NCBI GenBank assembly: GCA_049679965.1
Contig: JBAUGX010000118.1
Location: 8,064-72,063 of the forward strand
Source of the DNA: Vicinamibacterales bacterium
GTDB taxonomy: Bacteria; Acidobacteriota; Vicinamibacteria; Vicinamibacterales; CAVVIG01
Direction of reading: 5' to 3'
Length of the DNA stretch: 64,000 nucleotides
Shown here: piece by piece, positions 38,471-45,709 of the stretch
How the letters are laid out: each line of letters starts with the position of its first letter
Position numbering within the stretch: the first letter of the stretch is position 1
Made by a program: the position numbers and the translations under genes
The notes under the pieces: generated by a model
What the model saw: the letters and a program-made list of their open reading frames with translations, nothing else
Told to the model about the DNA's origin: nothing
Database searches by the model: none

Positions 38471-40059
38471 TGCGGCCTGTGTCCATGACTGACGCCGGTC
38501 TTGGCCGCCGAGCGGGTCTTCTCATTCCGCTGTTCTCCTGTACCTCGTCGACGAGCTGGGGCATAGGCGACATCGGTGACCTGGTGCCCATCACGGCGTG
38601 GCTGGCCGGCGCCGGCCAGCGCGTGCTGCAGATCCTGCCTATCAACGAGATGGCGCCGGGGCAGCAGTCGCCGTACTCCGCCATCAGCGGGATGGCCATC
38701 GATCCCATCTTCATCAGGCTTCCCGACGTTCCCGAGTTCGCCGCGATGGGCGGCGAGGCGGCACTCGGCAGCAGCGACCGTGACCTGCTCGGTCAGGTGC
38801 AGAGAGCGCCGCGGATCGAATACGCGAGCGTGAGGCGGCTGAAGCAGGGCTCGCTTCGCATGGCGTTCGAGTGGTTCTGGAACGTCGAGTGGCGGCACGA
38901 CACGGCCCGCGCGCGCGCCCTGAAGACCTTCGTCAATGAGCAGGCGTGGTGGATCGAGGACTACGCGCTGTTTCGCGCCATTCACGCCCGCGAGGGCGAG
39001 CGTCCGTGGACGGAGTGGCCGGCCGGGTTGGCGCGTCGGGAGCCCGCCGAGGTCGATCGCGCCCGGCGCGAGCTGACGAGCGAGGTCCTCTTTTGTCAGT
39101 ACTTGCAGTGGCTGGCCATGTCGCAGTGGCGCGAGGCTCGCCTGCGAGCGCACGGCGTGTCGGTCTTCGGCGATCTGCCGTTCATGGTCGATGGCGACAG
39201 CGCCGACGTGTGGGCCAGGCAACAGCAGTTCCGCCTCGACGTGTCGATCGGCGCGCCCCCGGATGCCTTCAGCGCCACCGGCCAGAACTGGGGCATGCCG
39301 CTCTATCGCTGGGACGAGATGGCCGTCGAGGATTTCTTATGGCTGCGCGAACGGGCGCGTCGCGCCGCCGACTTGTACGATGGCTACCGTATCGATCATC
39401 TCGTCGGGTTCTACCGAACCTTCGCGTGGCCGACCGACGGCACGCCGCCGTTTTTCACACCCTCGAACGAGCCGGCGCAGACGGCGCTCGGCGAGCGCCT
39501 GCTCGGCATCTTCCGTGCGACCGGCTCCACGATCATCGCCGAGGATCTGGGAGTCGTGCCCGACTTCGTGCGCGCCTCGCTCGCGCGTCTCGGCGTGTCC
39601 GGCTTTCGAGTGTTCCGCTGGGAACGCCGATGGGGCATCGAGGGAAGGCCGTTCATCGACCCGTTGGAGTATCCGCCGACGTCAGTGGCGACGTCCGGGA
39701 CGCACGATACCGAACCGATGGCCTCCTGGTGGGATCAGGCAACGGCCGATGAGCGCCGCCAGGTCTGCGATGTGCCGACGATTCGGCGGCTGACGGGACC
39801 ACACGGCGGTGCGCTCTTCAATCCCACCGTTCGCGACGCCGTGCTCGAGGCGCTCTTCGCGTCAGGCTCCAACTTGCTGCTCCTGCCGATTCAGGACGTC
39901 TTCGGCGCCCGCGATCGCATCAACGAACCGGCGACGGTGAACGACCGTAATTGGACCTACCGTCTGCCGTGGCCGTGCGATCGCCTGGAAGAGTTTTCCG
40001 AAGCACGCGAGCGACAGGCAGCGCTCCACCGGTGGGCAGCCGCCTACGGCCGCCTGTAA
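38470..40059 (+). CDS. malQ: 4-alpha-glucanotransferase (amylomaltase, GH77)
   Basis: SWGIGDIGDL, LQILPINE, SPYSAISGMAIDP, YRIDHLVGF, IIAEDLG and TSGTHDT. Confidence 0.9.
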   Translation: MRPVSMTDAGLGRRAGLLIPLFSCTSSTSWGIGDIGDLVPITAWLAGAGQRVLQILPINEMAPGQQSPYSAISGMAIDPIFIRLPDVPEFAAMGGEAALGSSDRDLLGQVQRAPRIEYASVRRLKQGSLRMAFEWFWNVEWRHDTARARALKTFVNEQAWWIEDYALFRAIHAREGERPWTEWPAGLARREPAEVDRARRELTSEVLFCQYLQWLAMSQWREARLRAHGVSVFGDLPFMVDGDSADVWARQQQFRLDVSIGAPPDAFSATGQNWGMPLYRWDEMAVEDFLWLRERARRAADLYDGYRIDHLVGFYRTFAWPTDGTPPFFTPSNEPAQTALGERLLGIFRATGSTIIAEDLGVVPDFVRASLARLGVSGFRVFRWERRWGIEGRPFIDPLEYPPTSVATSGTHDTEPMASWWDQATADERRQVCDVPTIRRLTGPHGGALFNPTVRDAVLEALFASGSNLLLLPIQDVFGARDRINEPATVNDRNWTYRLPWPCDRLEEFSEARERQAALHRWAAAYGRL

Positions 40060-40079
40060 ACCAGATTCCCAACATACTC

Positions 40080-40601
40080 ATGTCTGCACACTCGTTCACC
40101 TGCGTTCTCCCTGTGCGGGGGTGTGCGGGGGAGGGCCGCGCACCGATATGTACGGACGTGGAGGGCAAGGAGGTGACGGCGCCCGGCTCGACGATAGCCG
40201 GGCGGAAGTGGGACAAAGATCCGGTTTCCGGGGACGAACTGGAGAATCTGAATCTCACGCTCTCGCCGGTGCCGGCCGGGGAGCCGACCTTTTCGGCGCA
40301 CCTCCACAACCTGCTCGACGACCTCGATGTCCTGGCGGATGTCGATGACGGCAGCGGCCCGCCGCGAGAGCCTCGTGGAGCAGCCGACTGGCCCCTCATA
40401 CTGGCTCCCAATCGGTCCAGATCGGCCAGGTCGCGCCGCCGCGCCAGACACCGCATGGCGCTGACACCCCAGGTCGCCCAGATCCTCTTGGTGATCATGT
40501 TGTTCGCCGGCCTTGGAACGATCTCAGCGAGTGTCGTCTTCCACGAGGAGCTGTCACGCGCGCTTGACCAGTGGGATCGGATATTCTTCGCTGCCAGGTA
40601 A
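40080..40601 (+). CDS. hypothetical tail-anchored membrane protein
   Basis: The ATG at 40080 lies inside track ORF 39951..40601. It has high GC3, an acidic middle, and a C-terminal TM segment (VAQILLVIMLFAGLGTISASVVF). The antisense ORF 39920..40498 is Arg/Ser-rich and looks non-coding. Confidence 0.5.
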   Translation: MSAHSFTCVLPVRGCAGEGRAPICTDVEGKEVTAPGSTIAGRKWDKDPVSGDELENLNLTLSPVPAGEPTFSAHLHNLLDDLDVLADVDDGSGPPREPRGAADWPLILAPNRSRSARSRRRARHRMALTPQVAQILLVIMLFAGLGTISASVVFHEELSRALDQWDRIFFAAR

Positions 40602-40603
40602 CC

Positions 40604-41170
40604 ATGCGCACGCTTCGAGAACGCGACGTGCAGATCGGTGCGATTGGCTTGCTGTGTCTTCAGGCTGCAGCGTTGTGGCTATTCGGGCAGCCGGCGATCT
40701 GCACGTGCGGATACGTGAAGGCCTGGGAGGGAGTGGTGCTCTCGTCGGGCACGTCACAGCACCTGACGGATTGGTACACGTTCTCGCACGTCATCCACGG
40801 ATTCCTGTTTTACGCGCTCTCGTGGTGGCTGTTCCCGGGCTGGCCGCTCGGTTCGCGGTTGCTGCTGGCCATGGGCGCAGAAGTTGGATGGGAGATCGCG
40901 GAAAACACGCCCTGGGTGATCCAGGCCTATCGCAAGCAGGCGCTGGCTCAGGGTTATGTGGGCGACAGCGTCATCAATTCCATCTTCGATACCTTCTCCA
41001 TGATGCTGGGGTTCGCCGCCGCGCGGATGTCCCCGATATGGGCGACGGTTGCCGTGGCCCTCGCCTTTGAGGGTTGGGTCGGCTACGTGATCCGCGACAA
41101 TCTGACGCTCAATATCCTGAACTTCATCTATCAGTTCGACTCGATCAACCGCTGGCAGCTGGGCGGGTGA
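40604..41170 (+). CDS. DUF2585 (UPF0314) family membrane protein
   Basis: GQPAICTCGYVKAWEG ... SQHLTDWYTFSHVIHGFLFY is the family signature as I recall it. The ATG lies 3 nt after the upstream stop. Confidence 0.7.
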   Translation: MRTLRERDVQIGAIGLLCLQAAALWLFGQPAICTCGYVKAWEGVVLSSGTSQHLTDWYTFSHVIHGFLFYALSWWLFPGWPLGSRLLLAMGAEVGWEIAENTPWVIQAYRKQALAQGYVGDSVINSIFDTFSMMLGFAAARMSPIWATVAVALAFEGWVGYVIRDNLTLNILNFIYQFDSINRWQLGG

Positions 41171-41188
41171 AGGACGGCTTACCCTCTC

Positions 41189-42253
41189 ATGCTCATCAAG
41201 CGACAGGCTGACCGCGAGCGTCTCACGACGGCGCTCTACCTATTGGTGGTGGGGCTCCTGGCCTACCTCATCTTCCGCGTATTCCAGCCGTTTCTCGTGC
41301 CACTGGGCTGGGCCGCGGTGCTCGTCATCGTGTTCCAACCCGTGCACGAGCGGTTCGAGCGGCGGTGGGGCCGGACGCGGGCCGCCATCGTGAGCACGGC
41401 CGCCGTCGGGATCATCGTGGTGGTGCCGCTGGTGCTGGTCCTCACCGCGTTCGTCCGCGAGGCCATTCAGGCGACGGGCGATGTGCAGCGGGCCTTCGCC
41501 GAGGGCCGGCTGGGGTGGTTCGAACGGGCCTGGCAATGGATTCAGCAGCGGTCAAACGGCGCGCCGCCGATCGACCTGGCCGCGATGGCCGTTGACATCG
41601 CGCGGCGGACGGCCGCGGCCGTCGCCAACCAGGCCGGCGCGTTGCTTCAGAACGTCGCCGTATTCGTGTTCGATCTCGCGGCCACACTGTTCGCGACCTT
41701 CTTCCTGTTCCGAGATCGCGACGCCATCATGCAGGCGATCCGAAGAGCGCTGCCGCTCGACGAGCAGCTCCGGGAACGCCTCATCGCGCAAACGGGCGAA
41801 CTGGTGTCGGCCAGCGTGACCTCGGCCTTCGTGGTCGCGGCCGTGCAAGGCCTGCTCGGAGGGCTGTCGTTTGCCGCCCTGGGCATCAGCTCCCCAGTCT
41901 TCTGGGGCGTGGTCATGGCGTTCTTCTGCCTGCTGCCCTTCGGTGCGTGGATCGTGTGGCTGCCGGCCGCGGTGTTCCTCGTGGCGGGCGGAGACGTGTG
42001 GCGTGGCGTCATCCTCGCGGGACTTGGATTCGCGGCAGTCAGCGGCGTCGACAACGTGCTGCGCCCGATGCTGCTCAGCGGACGGGTGGGCATGAACGGC
42101 CTGCTGGTTTTCATCGGCCTGCTTGGCGGGTTGCGCGTGTTCGGTTCGATCGGTCTCATCCTGGGGCCGACCCTTCTCGCGTTGAGCGTCGGCCTCCTGA
42201 AGACATTCACCACCCCCACACCCGACACTTCCGCGCCGGACGTTGCGAAGTGA
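41189..42253 (+). CDS. AI-2E family transporter (PerM/UPF0118)
   Basis: Eight hydrophobic segments, with the characteristic F.PFL.PL.WA N-terminus and GVDNVLRPMLLSGR. Confidence 0.8.
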   Translation: MLIKRQADRERLTTALYLLVVGLLAYLIFRVFQPFLVPLGWAAVLVIVFQPVHERFERRWGRTRAAIVSTAAVGIIVVVPLVLVLTAFVREAIQATGDVQRAFAEGRLGWFERAWQWIQQRSNGAPPIDLAAMAVDIARRTAAAVANQAGALLQNVAVFVFDLAATLFATFFLFRDRDAIMQAIRRALPLDEQLRERLIAQTGELVSASVTSAFVVAAVQGLLGGLSFAALGISSPVFWGVVMAFFCLLPFGAWIVWLPAAVFLVAGGDVWRGVILAGLGFAAVSGVDNVLRPMLLSGRVGMNGLLVFIGLLGGLRVFGSIGLILGPTLLALSVGLLKTFTTPTPDTSAPDVAK

Positions 42254-42331
42254 CATAGTTACGACGTCACCCCACTTGAGCGGTCCTGCCGATTCAAGGT
42301 ACTCTGCGGTCTGCTGCTGAGAGGCACTGTC

Positions 42332-42363
42332 GGGACTATTTCGCTCGGCTGCGGGATAGTCCC
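42332..42363. promoter_or_regulatory. 32-bp palindromic enhancer-like element, copy 1 (13-6-13)
   Basis: GGGACTATTTCGC-TCGGCT-GCGGGATAGTCCC. The centre lies about 80.5 bp upstream of the GG of the candidate sigma54 promoter at 42427. A near-identical copy is at 52074-52105. Confidence 0.6.
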
Positions 42364-42426
42364 CGGTGTCCTGGCCAGGGTTTCGAAGGCCCCGAGTGTT
42401 TTGTGGCCAAGGCCACCACGCTCGCC

Positions 42427-42441
42427 CGGCATGTCGTTTGC
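42427..42441 (+). promoter_or_regulatory. candidate sigma54 promoter CGGCAT-N5-TTGC for the cytochrome operon
   Basis: CGGCATGTCGTTTGC has GG-N10-GC spacing and lies about 50-65 nt upstream of the cytochrome c start. A TTTGCC-AGA-GGCAAA palindrome overlaps the -12 box. Confidence 0.5.
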
Positions 42442-42489
42442 CAGAGGCAAACCGGCAATGAAGCGCTGTTGGAGAATCAGGAGGAATGT

Positions 42490-42837
42490 TTGAGTAATAC
42501 GACGATGCCCCGAGCGATTTTCTGCCTGGTGGCGATCATGGCTGCGGCGGGCGCAAGGCTCGCCGCACAGGATGCAAAGGCGAAGGGCGAAAAGTTATTT
42601 GCGGACCAAAAATGTGCCCTTTGCCACTCCGTTGGCGACAAGGGCAACAAGAAAGGCCCGCTCGACGAAGTTGGTCGCAAATTGTCCGCCGCCGAGATCC
42701 GCAATTGGATCGTCGATGCGAAGGCGATGACCGAGAAGACCAAGGCCACGCGAACGCCAGCCATGAAACAGTTCAACTTGAAACAGGCCGAGGTGGACTC
42801 GCTGGTGGCGTACCTTCAGTCGCTCACGGGGAAATGA
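42490..42837 (+). CDS. monoheme c-type cytochrome (class I), secreted
   Basis: One CxxCH motif (CALCH), a signal peptide, and a distal Met region. I prefer TTG at 42490 as the start (AGGAGG RBS at 42479-42484, 5-nt spacer); the alternative is ATG at 42505. Confidence 0.8.
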   Translation: MSNTTMPRAIFCLVAIMAAAGARLAAQDAKAKGEKLFADQKCALCHSVGDKGNKKGPLDEVGRKLSAAEIRNWIVDAKAMTEKTKATRTPAMKQFNLKQAEVDSLVAYLQSLTGK

Positions 42838-42841
42838 AGGG

Positions 42842-43369
42842 GTGAGCACTGAACGGCGGAGGTTCCTCGGGGCGCTCCCGTTTCTCGGTGCGCTCCTGGC
42901 CGTCGGCACGTCGAGCGTGGGCGCGCTGCTGGCCGTGCCGCTGGCCAGGTTCGCCATGCATCCGCTTCGACGCAAGCCGGGCGAAGTGGCGTGGTCCGAT
43001 ATCGGACCCACGGCCGATCTGACTTCGCTTGCCGCGCCCATGAAGATGCTCGTCGAGGTCGAGCAGCGCGATGGCTGGCGGAAGATGATTTCCACCAAGC
43101 CTGTCTACGTGACTCGAACCGCAGAAGGCCGCCTGCGCGTACTGTCCGCCGTTTGCCCGCATCTGGGCTGCAGCGTGGCCTGGAATGAAAGTCAAAAGCG
43201 GTTTCTGTGTCCCTGCCACGTCGGTGTGTTTGCCGAAGATGGCGCGTTGGTATCCGGACCTCCGCCTCGTGGCATGGACGAGCTCGACAGCACGGTTGAA
43301 GACGGCCGTCTGAAAGTGCGCTACCAGTACTTCCGCCAGCTCGTCCCGACGCGGGAGATCATCGCGTGA
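42842..43369 (+). CDS. Rieske [2Fe-2S] subunit of a cytochrome bc-type complex
   Basis: Tat-type N-terminus (RRRFL), and the Rieske boxes CPHLGC and CPCHVG. GTG start 4 nt after the cytochrome c stop. Confidence 0.9.
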   Translation: MSTERRRFLGALPFLGALLAVGTSSVGALLAVPLARFAMHPLRRKPGEVAWSDIGPTADLTSLAAPMKMLVEVEQRDGWRKMISTKPVYVTRTAEGRLRVLSAVCPHLGCSVAWNESQKRFLCPCHVGVFAEDGALVSGPPPRGMDELDSTVEDGRLKVRYQYFRQLVPTREIIA

Positions 43370-44784
43370 GCCGGCTCGTCGACTGGTTGGATCGCCGCAC
43401 CGGACTCCGGCAACTGCTGCGCGAGGCGCTCGGCGAACCGATTCCTGGTGGTGCGCGGCTCGCGTACGTGTTCGGTTCCGGTCTGCTATTCGTGTTTCTG
43501 TCTCAAGTGATCACGGGCGTGTTTCTCGCGCTTTACTACGTCCCATCCGCGGATCACGCCCACGTGACGGTCGCCTATATCGTCAAGGAGGTCGCGTCGG
43601 GATCCTTCCTGCGGAGCCTCCATGCCTACGGCTCGAGCGCCATGATCATCATCGTGCTGCTGCACATGGCGCAAACGCTCGTCTACGGTTCGTACAAAGG
43701 GGCCCGCGAGATCCTCTGGGTGGCCGGATGCGTGCTGTTCGCGCTCGTGCTCGGCATGGCGTTTACCGGCTACCTGCTGCCCTGGGATCAGAAGGCCTAC
43801 TTCGCGACCGCCATAGGCACCAACATCCTTGGCGAGGTGCCGCTGATCGGGGAGTGGCTGCAGCGGCTTGTCCGCGGCGGCGCCGACATGGGCACGCTGA
43901 CCGTCTCGCGGTTCTTTGTCGCTCACGTCTTCCTCATTCCAGCGGCCATCTTCGCGTTCGTCGGCCTTCATGTGTTCCTGTTTCGGAAGGCCGGGCCCGC
44001 CGGCCCGCCGTCGGTCGAGGCGGCCCGTCGGCGGACCGAGTTGTTCTATCCGCGCCAGGTACTGATGGATGTCGGGTTCGCGATGACGATCATCGTCTGC
44101 CTTGGAGTTGTTGCCTGGATGTGGCCGGCCGAGCTCGGGCCAGAGGCCAACGCCGCCGATACGCGCTTCCTGCCGCGGCCGGAGTGGTACTACGTGCCGG
44201 TGTTCCAGTGGCTCAAGTACTGGAAGGGGTCCAGCGCGGTCATTGGGATCGTGATCATCCCGGCGCTGCTGGCGGTGTTTTTCGTCGGGCTGCCGTTCTT
44301 TGACCGGAGCCCGGAGCGGTCCCCGTTGAAGCGCCCCGTCACGGTCGGTGCGTTCGCGGCGGTGCTGCTGTCACTCGCCCTGCTTGGTGTGCTCAGCGTG
44401 CTGGAGGATCGCCGCGACCCGGCGATCGCCCAGCAGTTGACCGCGCAGCGGGAGGCCGATCGGCGGTATACCGCCGAGCCGTTCGCGCCGGAAGAGTCGC
44501 CGGCGTCCCTCAAGACCGCCAAGGCGGCGCTGGTCGATCCCGCCCTCAGTCGCGGCAAGGCCGTGTACGAGGCGCAATCCTGTGATGCCTGTCACGGCGA
44601 TGCCGGGCAGGGCACACCCGGCGCGCCGGCCCTTATCGGCCTTGCTGCCAAGTATCCGGGCGAGGAGATGTCGCGAATCCTCAGGATGCCCACCGCGAAG
44701 ATGACCGACGGTGGGATGATGCCGCTCGATATCTCTGACGATGATCTGAAGGTCCTTGTGGCTTACATGAATGCCTTGAAATGA
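43366..44784 (+). CDS. cytochrome b (b6 plus subunit-IV-like) fused to a C-terminal monoheme cytochrome c domain
   Basis: The cyt b N-terminal four-helix region has conserved His residues. Also present: a PEWY motif (RPEWYYVPVF) and C-terminal CDACHG. The start overlaps the Rieske stop (GTGA). Confidence 0.9.
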   Translation: MSRLVDWLDRRTGLRQLLREALGEPIPGGARLAYVFGSGLLFVFLSQVITGVFLALYYVPSADHAHVTVAYIVKEVASGSFLRSLHAYGSSAMIIIVLLHMAQTLVYGSYKGAREILWVAGCVLFALVLGMAFTGYLLPWDQKAYFATAIGTNILGEVPLIGEWLQRLVRGGADMGTLTVSRFFVAHVFLIPAAIFAFVGLHVFLFRKAGPAGPPSVEAARRRTELFYPRQVLMDVGFAMTIIVCLGVVAWMWPAELGPEANAADTRFLPRPEWYYVPVFQWLKYWKGSSAVIGIVIIPALLAVFFVGLPFFDRSPERSPLKRPVTVGAFAAVLLSLALLGVLSVLEDRRDPAIAQQLTAQREADRRYTAEPFAPEESPASLKTAKAALVDPALSRGKAVYEAQSCDACHGDAGQGTPGAPALIGLAAKYPGEEMSRILRMPTAKMTDGGMMPLDISDDDLKVLVAYMNALK

Positions 44785-45707
44785 GTCCTATGAAACTCAC
44801 TCATCGAGTGTCTGTACGGCTGCTCGTCGCCGGCGCCTGTGCCTGGGCGCTCGTGGCCGGCCTACGCGGGTGGCCGGCGGCCGCTCAGTCCAACGACTAC
44901 GTCGGCACGGCGGCGTGCGTGACGTGCCATGGCACCGAGGGCCAGAGTCTGCAGAGGACGCTGCACGGCAAGACGGCGAACCCCCGGACGCCGGCGGCGA
45001 CCCAGGGCTGCGAGTCGTGTCACGGGCCGGGTCGGGCGCATGTCGAGAGCGGCGGAGAAGCGGACAAGATCAAGCGGTTTACCGCCATGGCGGCCCGGGA
45101 CATCTCAGCGACCTGTCTGACGTGCCACAACCGCGGCAACTATGTGCAGTGGCGGGGCAGCGCCCACGATTCCCGCAACCTTTCGTGTGTGACCTGTCAC
45201 TCGATACATAGCCCGAAGTTGGAGAAGGCGCAGCTCAAGGCCGTGTCGATCACGGCGACCTGCGCGGCCTGCCACAAGACGCAAGTCGCCAAGCTCCAGC
45301 GCTTCGGGCACATGCCGGTTCGTGAAGGCAAGATGGAGTGCTCGGCGTGTCACAACCCGCACGGATCGACCAACGTCCGCTTGCTCAAAATAGGCAACTG
45401 GGTGAACGAGACCTGCGTCAGCTGCCACACCGAGAAGCGCGGTCCGTTCCTGTGGGACCACGTGCCGGTTCGCGAGGCGTGCAACACCTGTCACGATCCA
45501 CACGGCTCGAACAACGAACGGATGCTGGTCGCCAAGCTGCCAATCCTCTGCCAGCGGTGCCACATCGGTACCCGACATCCGTCGACCATCTACGACGGCA
45601 ACCAGCTGGCGGCCCGCAGCGGCCGGCTGATTGGTCGTAGCTGCGTGAACTGTCACGTCCAGATTCACGGCTCGAATAGTCCAGCCGGCCACGCGTTCGT
45701 TCGGTAG
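44781..45707 (+). CDS. periplasmic decaheme c-type cytochrome, MtrA/DmsE/PioA/MtoA family
   Basis: Ten CxxCH motifs counted (CVTCH, CESCH, CLTCH, CVTCH, CAACH, CSACH, CVSCH, CNTCH, CQRCH, CVNCH) in 308 aa with a signal peptide. ATGA overlap with the cytochrome b gene. Confidence 0.9.
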   Translation: MSPMKLTHRVSVRLLVAGACAWALVAGLRGWPAAAQSNDYVGTAACVTCHGTEGQSLQRTLHGKTANPRTPAATQGCESCHGPGRAHVESGGEADKIKRFTAMAARDISATCLTCHNRGNYVQWRGSAHDSRNLSCVTCHSIHSPKLEKAQLKAVSITATCAACHKTQVAKLQRFGHMPVREGKMECSACHNPHGSTNVRLLKIGNWVNETCVSCHTEKRGPFLWDHVPVREACNTCHDPHGSNNERMLVAKLPILCQRCHIGTRHPSTIYDGNQLAARSGRLIGRSCVNCHVQIHGSNSPAGHAFVR

Positions 45708-45709
45708 CG

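Noticed and set aside
39920-40498. 192-aa minus-strand ORF opposite the hypothetical gene at 40080-40601
   Set aside because: Its composition is Arg/Ser/Gly-rich, and it overlaps the malQ 3-prime end. The + strand frame has much better third-position GC and a plausible TM tail.
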